A stretch of DNA of 64,000 nucleotides from the human T2T-CHM13v2.0 reference genome, Homo sapiens. The notes beneath the pieces were generated by a model, which was not told the DNA's origin, ran no database searches, and was given only the letters and a program-made list of their open reading frames with translations. Positions 1 to 15,560 of the stretch are shown here, piece after piece (position 1 is the stretch's first letter; every line of letters begins with the position of its first letter). Location: assembly GCF_009914755.1 (NCBI RefSeq), contig NC_060930.1, one strand, 5' to 3'. The translations under genes were made by a program, and so were the position numbers.

Positions 1-321
1 CTGAGTAGCCTAACTGGGAGACACCTCCCAGTAGGGGATGACTGACACCTCATAGAGCTAGGTGCCCCTCTGAGACAAAGCTTCCAGAGGAAGGATCAGG
101 CAGCAACGTCTGCCATTCTGCAATATTTGCTGTTCTGCAGCCTCTGCTGGTGATACCCAGGAAAACAGGGTCTGGAGTCGACCTCCAGGAAACTCCAACA
201 GACCTGCAGCTGAGGGTCCTGACTGTTAGAAGGAAAACTAACAAACAGAAAGGACATCCACACCAAATCCCCATCTGTACGTCACCATCATCAAAGACCA
301 AAGGTAGATAAAACCACAAAG

Positions 322-1342
322 ATGGGGAGAAACCAGAGCAGAAAAGTTGAAAATTCTAAAAATCGGAGTGTCTCTTCTCCTCCAAAGGAAAACAGCTCTT
401 CACCAGCAACTGAACAAAGCTGGACGGAGATGACTTTGACAAGTTGAGAGAAGAAGGCTTCAGACGATTGCTATTTACAGACTCCTCCCAGCTAAAGGAG
501 GACATTCGAACCTATCGCAAAAAAGTTAAAAACCTTGATAAAAGATTAGACGAATGGCTAAGTAGAATAAACAGTGTAAAGAAGACCTTAAATGACCTGA
601 TGGAGCTGAAAACCATGGCACGAGAACTACATGATGCATGCACAAGCCTCAGTAGCCAATTTGATCAAGTGGAAGAAAGGGTATCAGTGATTGAAGATCA
701 AATGAATGAAATGAAGCAAGAAGAGAAGTTTAGAGAAAAAAGAGTAAAAAGAAACAAAGCCTCCAAGAAATATGGGACTATGTGAAAAGACCAAATCTAT
801 GTCTGATTGGTGTACCTGAAAGTGACAGGGAGAATGGAACCAAGTTGGAAAACACTCTTCAGGATATTATCCAGGAGAACTTCCCCAACCTAGCAAGGCA
901 GGCCAACATTCAAATTCAGGAAATACAGAGAACTCCACAAAGATACTCCTTGAGAAGAGCAACTCCAAGACACATAATTGTCAGATTCACCAAAGTCGAA
1001 ATGAAGGGAAAAATGTTAAGGGCAGCCAGAGAGAAAGGTCAGGTTACCCACAAAGGGAAGCCCATCAGAGTAACAGCGGATTTCTTGGCAGAAACTCTTA
1101 AAGCCAGGAGAGAGTGGAGGCCAGTATTCAACATTCTTAAAGAAAAGGATTTTCAACCCAGAATTTCATATCCAGCCAAACTAAGCTTCATAAGTGAAGG
1201 AGAAATAAAATCCTTTACAGACAAACAAATGCTGAGAGATTTTGTCACCACCAGGCCTGCCTTACAAGAGCTCCTGAAGGAAGCACTAAACATGGAAAGG
1301 GAAAACCAGTACCAGCCATTGCAAAAACATGCCAAATTGTAA
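322..1342 (+). pseudogene. L1 ORF1p, frameshifted
   Basis: ORF pieces 444-785 and 782-1342 give the ORF1p coiled-coil, RRM and CTD sequence (RATPRHIIVRF, YPAKLSF). Confidence 0.95.
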
Positions 1343-1405
1343 AGACCATTGATGCTAAGAAGAAACTGCATTAACTAATGGGCAAAATAACCAGCTAAAA
1401 TCATA

Positions 1406-5214
<3,809 letters not shown>

Positions 5215-5438
5215 ACAATGAGAACACTTGGACACAGGGTGGAGAATATCACAGACCAGGGCCTATTGTAGGGTGGGGGGAGGGGGGAGGGTTAGCATTA
5301 AGGGATATACCTAATGTAAATGATGAGTTAATGGGTGCACTACACCAACATGGCATATGTATACATATGTAACAAACCTGCACATTGTGCACATGTACCC
5401 TAGAACTTAAAGTATAATAATAAAAAATAAAAAATAAA

Positions 5439-5958
5439 TGAGTGTATAAAGAAACTGTGGTATGTGTCTGTGTGTGTATATATATATACATATATACTCT
5501 CTATATACTATATACATACATATATACTCTATATATACATATATACTCTCTCTCTATATATATATACACACACACACACACACATACAATGGAATACTAC
5601 ACAGCCATAGAAAGGAATGAATTAACAGTATTTGCAGTGACCTGGATGAAATTAGAAACTATTAATTCTTTCGTTCTTTAAGTGACGTAACTCAGGAATG
5701 AAAAATCAAACATCATATGTTCTCACTGATATGTGGGAACTAAGTTATGAAGATGCAAAGGGATAAGAATGATACAATGGACTTTGGAGACTTGGAGGGA
5801 AGAGTGGGAGGGAGGCGAGAGATTTGACTACAAATATGGTGCAGTGTATACTGTCTGGATGATGGGTGCATCAAAATCTCACAAATAACCACTAAAGAAC
5901 TTATGTAACCAAATACCACCTGTAACCCAATAACTTATGGACAAATAATAATAAATTA
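5439..5958 (+). mobile_element. L1PB1-like 3' end, interrupted by the younger L1PA copy #1
   Basis: Sequence gcagtgacctggatgaaatt...aagaatgatacaatggactttgg...caaataccacctgtaacccaataacttatgg matches the L1PB 3' end. Confidence 0.85.
5462..5587. repeat. Compound (TG)n/(TA)n/(CT)n/(CA)n microsatellite inside the L1PB
   Basis: Dinucleotide runs are directly visible. Confidence 0.95.
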
Positions 5959-5959
5959 A

Positions 5960-6485
5960 ATATGAAACTATAACAGTTTTAGAAATAAGAACCATAGGTC
6001 AACAAACTTATTAATCCTTCTAACTTTGACATAATAGAAGGAAGTAGAAAAAAGTGATAAATTTGGCTATTTAAAACTTCTTAATTCTTAAAACTACTGA
6101 AAGCCAAAAATGTGGGAAAAGAAAGTCAAAAGACAAATGGATTCCATTCTATAAATATAACAAATTTTGGTTATATCATGTCAATGTTCATCTGTTGGCA
6201 GACATTTGAGTTGCTCCCATTATTGGGCTGTTATGAATAATGCTCCTATGAAAATTATTATACAGGTTTTTGTATGGACATATTTTATTTCTCTGGATTA
6301 TATACTTTGGAGTGGAATTGCTGGGTCATATGGTAACTCTAACACTTTGAGAAATTGCTAAACTGTTTTCTAAATTTATTGCACCATTTTAGACTCCTAC
6401 CAGCAATGTATGAATTACTGATATATTCTGTAACATGGATGAACTTTGAAAGTATTTTGCTAAGTGAAAGAAGCCAATTACAAAT
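5960..6485. mobile_element. Old L1M (L1MB-like) ORF2/3' fragments with an internally inverted segment (~6140-6412 on minus)
   Basis: The minus-strand motif ggaattgctgggtcatatggtaactct is flanked by plus-strand L1 motifs (aacatggatgaactttgaaag...gctaagtgaaagaagcca). Confidence 0.7.
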
Positions 6486-6901
6486 GGCTAATGGTTTCTG
6501 GTAAAACAGAAATTCTGTTTGCTCTTAGGTGAATGTAAAATTTGCCTTTTACCAAAAAAATTTGGTAAAATATTTGTCTTTTACCAAAAAATGACATTTC
6601 TAGCAAAATAAGAAAAAGAAAAAAAAGATTAACAGAAAGTTATTTGCATCAACACAGACTGTTCTAGGAGCATGGAATTGTTAAAAAAAATTCAATATTA
6701 GTTTAATGTTAGAAACAGAAGGAAAAAAGTGAGCATAATAAACTTTGTCTATTAGAAATTAATGGTCAGCGGTAGAAAAAGTCATTGTTCTAAAAAGTAG
6801 AAAGAAAATATCAAATATATCTATGTAAAAAATCATATGGTATGGGAAGAAACTAAGGAACATTTATAAAAGAGTACAGATTTTTAAAATATTAAAAAAA
6901 A

Positions 6902-6945
6902 TTTTTTGGCATTAAAATGGCAATTCCTTTTGCACCAACCAAATA
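6902..6945. mobile_element. MADE1 (Hsmar1-derived MITE), partial
   Basis: ttttggcattaaaatggcaattccttttgcaccaaccaaata matches a MADE1 half and its terminal inverted repeat. Confidence 0.7.
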
Positions 6946-7794
6946 GTTATTGAAGGACTGGGTTCATGAAGATCTCTGTTGCTTGGGGAATGAGGACATA
7001 GTCCTCGTTTGACCATAGCACACTCATTAATGCAATTTATTCAGTAAATATTTAGTAGTCTGCTAACACAGATGTAAAAATCATACACCTAATAACTCTG
7101 AAGAACATAAAGATAACTAAGACATAGTCCTTGGCTATAACTTGGCCTTGTATCATTCTCTGCCTTTTTTTTGAAATGAAAAGAATATTTTTTCTCCTTT
7201 TGAAACAGTTAATTTGAGGGTTGGGACTATTTTTGTTTTGTATTCTCCACAGCGTCTGATACTATGATGTTCCATCAATTCACATGTGACATTCAATCAA
7301 TATTTTTTGATAGTACTGTCTCATATTGACACTGATTTGAATTCAAAAAAATATAGAAACATTTTATGAAAAAGAACACTATATTTTGAGTGATTCCTAG
7401 AGCTGTAACTTTTATAGTGACAATGGTGACTTTGTTTTCTACATGCTACTCATAGGCTATCCTTCTAGAGCACCCTGGTTAAAATTAAAAACAGTTTGCA
7501 AATTGATGGGGATTTTCTCATCTGTGTAGAGAATTTTGTTACGGATTTTTTTTTCTTGCTGCATGGATAAAATCTTAGTGAATCATCTAAAATGAGGCAG
7601 CTTATCTCTGTTTATGTCATTTTCAGTTAGCATTCTGAAGTTGAGGTGGCAAATATATGTCCAGAGAGTGTCCTGAACAAGACCCCAGAAAGGGGTAAAA
7701 ATATGTTAATTCATAAGTGATTGCAATTTAACCAAATGGTACTCTAACCTTCTAATTAGGCAAAGAGATAAAGTGAAGGTTGATAATTTAGCTA

Positions 7795-8940
7795 ATTTTT
7801 TCTATTTAACTTTCTATTGAAGTATAACACATATCCAGATAAGTTTACAAATCATAAGTGTACATTCTAAAGAATTAACCAAGTGAATTTATTGTGGTTT
7901 CAGTGTAACTATCGTCCAAATTAAGAACTATTGGACTCTGTTATTATTTTGTTTAGGATTTTGTATCAATATTTATGACTGGCTTGTGATGTCTTTCCTT
8001 GTCAACATCAATATCAAGATTATATTCCCCTCACAAAAGAGGTTGAGAAATTTTGTCTCTTGTTTTATTCCCTTGAAGAGTTTACGTAAGATTGGAACTA
8101 TTTCTTCCTAGTCAGAAGAGTTTATCAGTGAAGGCACATGAATTTTGAGTTTTCTTGTCAGAAGATTTTGGATGATGAATTTAATTACAGGACTGTTTAT
8201 TTTGGTATTTCTTCTTGTAAGAGTTTTAATTAATTTTGTTTTACTCTGATTTTATGCACTTTATCTAATTTTTTAAATAGATTGATAGGAAGTGGTTCAT
8301 CATATCCTCTTAATGTCTGCATGATTTCAAGTAATGTTTACATCTTATGTATTTTAGAAAAAAATTCCCAGATAACAAAATATCTGTCATAAATGAGTCT
8401 GGTGGTGATACTTGCTTCCAACTGTGTTTCTTTTCTTTTCTTTTTTTTTTTCTGTCTTTTAGCCTGCCGTGTAATTTTTCAAATGTGTTAAAAGCTGGAA
8501 GTGATGTGTAATAGGAACTAACATAAATAGACGTTAGTATAAAGATTTATGTAAATCTGATTAGGAGCTGGATTTTGTTAAACGTTTGCTAAAGCCAAAG
8601 ATGCTAAAGGCTTCAAATTCCTCTAGGGTCCTTGACTTTGCCTTCCCCTTTGATCTGGGCTTCCCTAAGGGCTTCTCCAGAGACAGTCGGCATCTTGAAG
8701 CTCTTTCAGTTGTGATCCACTATTATTATACTGCGGCCCTGTATATGTGGTGATAAGGTGTGGAGGAGTGGAAATGTTCTATAGTCTTCTGATTTAAACC
8801 CTGTCTTTTAGTAGGCAGTGTTCCTTCACAAAAGTTTCTTAGCATTTTTCCCCTGTAGGTGAGAGAGGAAGGCCAGTGGGGGCTGAAGTGGGAAACATAT
8901 CCATCTCCCACATAGGATAAGGCCTTTTCTCCTAAAGAGT
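7795..8940 (-). mobile_element. Degraded ancient L1M fragments
   Basis: T-rich antisense L1M-like sequence (ttgaagtataacacatat..., agtttatcagtgaaggc, atgagtctggtggtgat). Confidence 0.55.
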
Positions 8941-8949
8941 AGGCCTCTC

Positions 8950-9130
8950 TTGGCTTCTGTGACAACTTGCACTCCAGGTTTTTATGCTCCCTCCATGACC
9001 ACATCTTCTCAGTCTCCCTTTCTTCTCTATCTAAATTCTAGATATTATAGCTCTCTCTACAGTCTCTTCATAAGTGATCTCATATATTTCCATGAGTTTG
9101 AATACTATTTATACGCTGACAATACCCAAT
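8950..9130 (+). mobile_element. L2 fragment
   Basis: gtgatctcatatatttccatgagtttgaatactatttatacgctgacaatacccaa; translates to the RT-like YADN. Confidence 0.65.
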
Positions 9131-9714
9131 TTTTTCTTTTATTATTATTTTAAATTGATACATGATAATTGCACATTTATGGGGCACAGTGTGATATTTT
9201 AATACATATAGGCAATGTGTGATTATCAAATTGGGAATTAGCATATTCATCATGTTTAACATTTATCATTTCTTTCTGTTGGGAAGAGTCAAAATCTCCT
9301 CTAGCTTTTTGAAAATATACAAAAAATTATTGTTAATTATAGTCACTCTGTAGTGTCATAGAATGCTAGAACTTTTCTCTGCTATCTAACTTTTCTTTTG
9401 TATCCATTAACTAACCTTTGGCTATCCCCCCTCTCTAAAACCTTTTCAGCCTTTAGTAATCACTATTCTACTTTATAGTTTTATGAGATCAGCTATTTTA
9501 GCTTCCATATATGAGTGAGAACATGCAATATTTATCTTTCTGTTCCTGGCTTATTTCACTTAACATAATGTTATCCAAGTTTATCTATGTTGCTGCAAAT
9601 GACAGAATTAATTTCTCTTTCAAAGATGAATAGCATTCCATTGTGTATATGTATGACATTTTCTTTATCCATTCATCTGTTGATGGGCACTTAGGTTGAT
9701 TTTATATTTTGGCT

Positions 9715-9866
9715 TTATTTATTTATTTAAAATATTAAAATATAGAATAGAAACAGGGTCTCACTATATGGCCCAGGGTGGTTTTGAACTCCTGGGCTCA
9801 AGTGATTCTCTTGCCTCTGCCTCCCAAAGTGCTGACATTACAGGTATGAGTCACAGTGCCCAGCCT
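9715..9866 (-). mobile_element. FLAM (free left Alu monomer)
   Basis: Single monomer: gaactcctgggctcaagtgat...ctcccaaagtgctg...cccagcc. Confidence 0.85.
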
Positions 9867-10267
9867 TGGTTATTGTAAGTAGTGCTCCAGTAAACACGAG
9901 AAGTGCAGAACATCCCTTTGACACACTGCTTTCCTTTCTTTGGATACATACCCAGCAGTGGAACTGTTGAATCACATGGCAGTTCTATTTTTAGTTTTTT
10001 GAGGACCCTCCACACTGTTTTCCACAATGGCTGGACTAGTTTACAGTTTCACCAACAGTAATGTAAGTGTACATCCTCGCCAGCATTTGTTATTTTTCCT
10101 ATTTTTGATAATAACCATTTTAACTGGGGTAAGATGATATCTCATTGTGGTTTTGGTTTGCATTTCCTTGCTGATAAATGATTTTGAGCATTTTTTTTAA
10201 TATACCAGTTGGGCATTTGTATATCTTCTTTTGAGAGATGTCTATTCAGCTCATTTGCCCATTTCTT

Positions 10268-10655
<388 letters not shown>

Positions 10656-11549
10656 TAATCCCTGGTAGGCTGAATAGTTTGCAAATATTTTCTTTCATTC
10701 TGTAGGTCGTCATTTCACTCTGTTGATTTTTTTTCCTTTGCGGTGCAGAAATCTTTTAGTTTGATCGAATCCTATTTGTCTATTTTTGCTTTTGTTGTCT
10801 GTGATTTTGAGGTCTTCTCTATAAAATCTTTGCCTAGACTAATGTCTTCAAGAATTCATCCTATGTTTTCTTCTAGTAGTTTTAGAGTTTCAGGTCTTAA
10901 ATTTAAGTCTTTAATTCATTTTTAGTTGGCTTTTGTATATGCTAAGAGAGAGGGGTCTAGTTTCATTTTTCTACATAGGGATATCCAGTTTTCCCAGCAC
11001 CATTTATTGAAGACACTGTCTTTTCCCTAGTGAATGTCCTTGCATCTTTGTCAAAAATCTGTTGGCTTTAAATATATGAATTTATTTCTGGGGGAATCTA
11101 TTCTGTTCCATTAGTCAATGTGTCTGTTTATATGCTAGTACCTTGCTGTTTTGGTTACTCTAGCTTTGACTATATTTTGAAGTCAGCTTTGTTCTATTTC
11201 TCAAGATTGCCTTGGCTATTCAAAGTCTTTGTAGTTCAACTTAAACAGATAATTTCTAGTACTAAGAAATATAAAGCATGTTAATGTCAAATTTAATACA
11301 TATCTGTGCTAACGGCTCAAATTATAATTGATAATTAACATATCTTCCCAAGTGCTTAGGTTTGTTTAAATATAATTTTAGTCACATGGTAAGACTAGAT
11401 TAATGATTCATAATTCTATACTTAAGTTATCTTTAAAAAGATAGTTATTTCAGTTTTTGCTAACATAATCAGTAATCATTTCTATATTAGGTTTTCCTTT
11501 AAATACAATATAACAGAATCATTGTATTTGAAACATATTCATGGGATTC

Positions 11550-11790
11550 AGAGTAATATAAAAGTTAAAACCACAGGTTTTAAGGGTTCTAATTACAACT
11601 TTGCCACTAATTAGCCAGTTCTTGTATTAGTTACATATCTTCTCTAATTTTTGGTGTTCTTATCTATAAAATGGGGATAATAGTAATAGCTAACTTTTGT
11701 GAACTTTGGGATTAAATGAGATAAACTGTATAAAGCACTTAGAACAGTGTCCGTATTGCAAGCATTCAAGACCTGCTAACTCTTACTATT
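11550..11790 (+). mobile_element. MIR
   Basis: Core tctataaaatggggataatagta...gattaaatgagataa...taaagcacttagaacagtg. Confidence 0.85.
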
Positions 11791-11837
11791 TTGTAATGAA
11801 CTGCAATGACTTCTTTGTTTCTTCACCTTTTATTTTA

Positions 11838-14071
11838 TTTTTTATATTATACTTTAAGTTCTGGGATACATGTGCAGAACGTGCAGGCTTGTTACATAGG
11901 TGTACATGTGCCATGGTGCTTTGCTGCACCCATCAACCCATCATCTATATTAGGTATTTCTCCTAATGCTATCCCTCCCTTTGCCCCCCGCCACCCAACA
12001 GGCACCCGTGTGTGATGTTCCCCTCCCTCTGCCCATATGTTCTCATTGTTCAACTCCCACTTATGAGTGAGAACATGCGGGGTTTGGTTTTCTGTTTCTG
12101 TGTTAGTTTGCTGAGAATGATGGCTTCCAGCTTCATCTATGTCCTTGCAAAGGACATGAACTCATTCTTTTTTTATGGCTGCATAGTATTCCATGTATAT
12201 GTGCCACATTTTCTTTATCCAGTCTATCATTGATGGGCATTCAGGTTGGTTCCATGTCTTTGCTATTGTGAATAGTGCTGAAACAGTAAACATACGTGTG
12301 CATGTGTCTTTATAGTAGAATGATTTATCATCCTTTGGGTATACACCAGTAATAAGATTGCTGGGTCAAATGGTATATCTAGTTCTAGATCCTTGAGGAA
12401 TCCCCACACTGGCTTCCACAATGGTTGAACTAATTTGCACTCCCACCAACAGTGTAAAAGCATTCCTATTTTTCCACATCCTCTCCAGCATCTGTTGTTT
12501 CCTGACTTTTTAATGATTGGCATCCTAACTGGTGTGAGATGGTGTCTCATTGTGGTTTTGATTTGCATTTCTCTAATGACCAGTGATGATGAGCTTTTTT
12601 TCATACATCTGTTGCCTGCATAAATATCTTCTTTTGAAAAGTGTCTGTTCATATCCTTCACCCACTTTTTGATGGGGCTTGTTTTTTTCTTGTAAGTTTG
12701 TTTAAGTTCCTTGTAGATTCTGGATATTAGCCCTTGATCAGATGGATAGGTTGTAAAAATTTTCTCCCATTCTGTATGTTGCCTGTTCACTCTGTTGATA
12801 GTTTCTTTTGCTGTGGAGAAGCTCTTTCGTTTAATTAGATCCCATTTATCTATTTTTGCTTTTGTTGCCATTGCTTTTGGTGTTTTAGTCATGAAGTCTT
12901 TGCCCATGCCTATGTCCTGAATGGTATGCCTAGGTTTTCTTCTAGAGTTTTTATGGTTTTAGTTCTTATGCTTAAATATTTAATTCATCTTGGGTTACTG
13001 TTTGTATAAGGTGTAAGGAAGGGGTCCAATTTCAGTTTTCTGCATATGACTAGCCAGTTTTCCCAACACCATTTATTAAATAGGGAATTTTTTCCCCATT
13101 GCTTGTTTGTGTTAGGTTTGTCAAAGATCAGATGGTTATACATCTGTGGTGTTATGTCTGAGGACTCTGTTCTGTTCCATTGGCCTACATATCTGTTTTG
13201 GTACCAGTACCATGCTGTTTTGGTTACTGTAGACTTGTAGTATAGTTTGAAGTCAGGGTAGTGTGATGCCTCCAGTTTTGTTCTTTTTGCTTAGGATTGT
13301 CTTGGCTATACAAGCTCTTTTTTGGTTTCATATGAAATTTAAAGTAGGTTTTTCTAATTCTGTGAAGAAAGTCAATGGTAGCTTGATAGGAATAGCATTG
13401 AATTTATAAATTACTTTGGGCAGTATGACCATTTTCACGATATTGATTCTTCCTGTCCATGAGCATGGAACGTTTTTCCTTTTGTTTGTGTCCTCTTATT
13501 TCCTTGAGCAGTAGTTTGTAGTTCTTTTTGAATAGGGCTTTCTCATCCCTTGTAAGTTCTATTCCTAGGTATTTTATTCTCTTTGTAGCGATTGTGAATG
13601 GGAGTTCACTCATGATTTGGCTGTTTGTCTATTATTGGTGTACAGGAATGCTTGTAATTTTCGCACATTGATTTTACATCCTGAGACTTTGCTGAAGTTG
13701 CTTATCAGCTTACAGAGTTTTGGGGCTTATTATCTCAATAGACGCAGAAAAGATCTTCAATAAAATTCCAACACTCCTTCATGCTAAAAACACTCAATAA
13801 ACTTGGTATTGATGGAACGTATCTCAAAATAATAAGAGCTATTTATGACAAAGCCACAGTCAGTATCATACTGAATGGGCAAAAGCTGGAAGCATTCCCG
13901 TTGAAAACCAGCACAAGACAAGGATGCCCTCTCTATTCCTATTCAACGTAGTATTGGAAGTTCTGGCAAGGGCAATCAGGTAAGAGAAAGAAATAAAGCG
14001 TATTCAAATAGGAAGACAGGAAGTCAAATTATCTCTGTTTGCAGACGACATGATTGTATACTTAGAAAACC
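11838..14071 (-). mobile_element. 5'-truncated L1PA7-like element with a 5' inversion; inverted part 13728-14071 is on plus (copy A)
   Basis: L1PA7-type 3'UTR on minus and a strand switch at ~13727. The 18-bp TSD tcttcaccttttatttta lies at 11820-11837 and 14072-14089. Confidence 0.95.
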
Positions 14072-14089
14072 TCTTCACCTTTTATTTTA

Positions 14090-15308
14090 AGTTCTGGGGT
14101 ACATGTGCAGGGTGTGCAGGTTTGTTACATAGGTAAACACATGCCATGGTGGTTTGCTGCACAGATCAACCCATCACCTGGGCATTAAACCCAGCATCCA
14201 TTAGCAATTTTTCCTGATGCTTTCCCTCAGCCCACACACCCTGACAGGCCCCACTGTGTGTTGTTCCCCTCCCTGTGTCCATGTGTTCTCGTCATTCAGT
14301 TCCCACTTGTAAATGAGAACATGGGGTGTTTGGTTTTCTGTTCCTGTGTTAGTTTGCTGGGGATAATGGCTTCCAACTCCATCCACGTCCCGGCAAAGGA
14401 CATGAATTCATTCCTTTTTATGGCTGCATAGTAGCCCATAGTGTATATGTACCATATTTTCTCTATGCAGTCTATCATTGATGGGCATTTTGGTTGATTC
14501 AATGTCTTTGCTATTGTGAATAGTGCTGCAATGAACATACGCATGCAAGCATCTTTATAATAGAATCATTTATTTTCCTTTTGGTATATACTCAGTAATT
14601 GGATTGCTGGCTCAAATGGTATTTCTGCCTCTAAGTCTTTGAGGAATGTCCACACTGTCTTCCACAATGGTTGAACTAGTTTACATTCCCGCCCACAGTG
14701 TAAAAGCATTCCTGTTTCTCCACAACCTCTCCAGCATCTGTTGTTTCTTGACTTCTTAATAGTCACCATTTGGACTGATGTAAGAGGATATCTCATTGTG
14801 GTTTTGATTTGCATTTCTCTAATGATTAGTAATGTTGAGCTTTTTTTTTTTCATATTTTTGTTGGCTGCATAAATGTCCTTTTGGAGAAGTGTCTGTTCA
14901 TATCCTTTGCACGCTTTTTAATGGGGCTGTTTATTTTTTTCTTGTAAATTTGTTTAAGTTCCTTATAGATTCTGGATAATAGTCCTTTGTCAGATGGATA
15001 GATTGCAAAAATTTTCTCCTGTTCTGTAGGTTGCCTGTTCACTCTGTTGATAGAGTCTTCTGCTGTGCAGAAGCTGTTTAATGTAATTATGTCCCATTTG
15101 TCAATTTTTGCTTTTGTTGCAATTGCTTTTGATGTTTTTATCATGAAATATTTGCTAATGCCTATGTTCTGAATGGTATTGCCTAGATTTTCTTCTAGGG
15201 CTTTTATAGTTTTGGGTTTTACATTTAAGTCTTTAATGTATCTTGTGTTAATTTTTGTATAAGGTGTAAGGAAAGGGTCCAGTTTCAGTTTTCTGCATTT
15301 GGGTGGCC
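14090..15308 (-). mobile_element. Older 5'-truncated L1PA (L1PA11-13-like) (copy B)
   Basis: 3'UTR acagatcaacccatcacctgggcattaaacccagcatccattagc. TSD atgaactg[c/t]aatgacttc at 11796-11813 and 15309-15326. Confidence 0.9.
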
Positions 15309-15409
15309 ATGAACTGTAATGACTTCCAAGGAAGGAGACACAAAATACAGCTGCATTTAAAATGAGTAAGTTTAACTCATAATTTATTTTCCCTATTGTA
15401 AACCTAAAG

Positions 15410-15560
15410 GTACTGAAGATGGGGGAGCATTTATTCCAACTCTTTCATTAGCTATGAAGAAAGTGAGATGCAAGGAGTCAAAGTGACTTGTTCAAGGCCA
15501 TGTAGCTGGTTATTTCACATCTTTGTTCTCAAAGTATAGAGCCTTCCCATTACACAACAC
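15410..15560 (-). mobile_element. MIR fragment
   Basis: atgaagaaagtgagatgcaaggagtcaaagtgacttgttcaaggccatgtagctgg. Confidence 0.7.
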
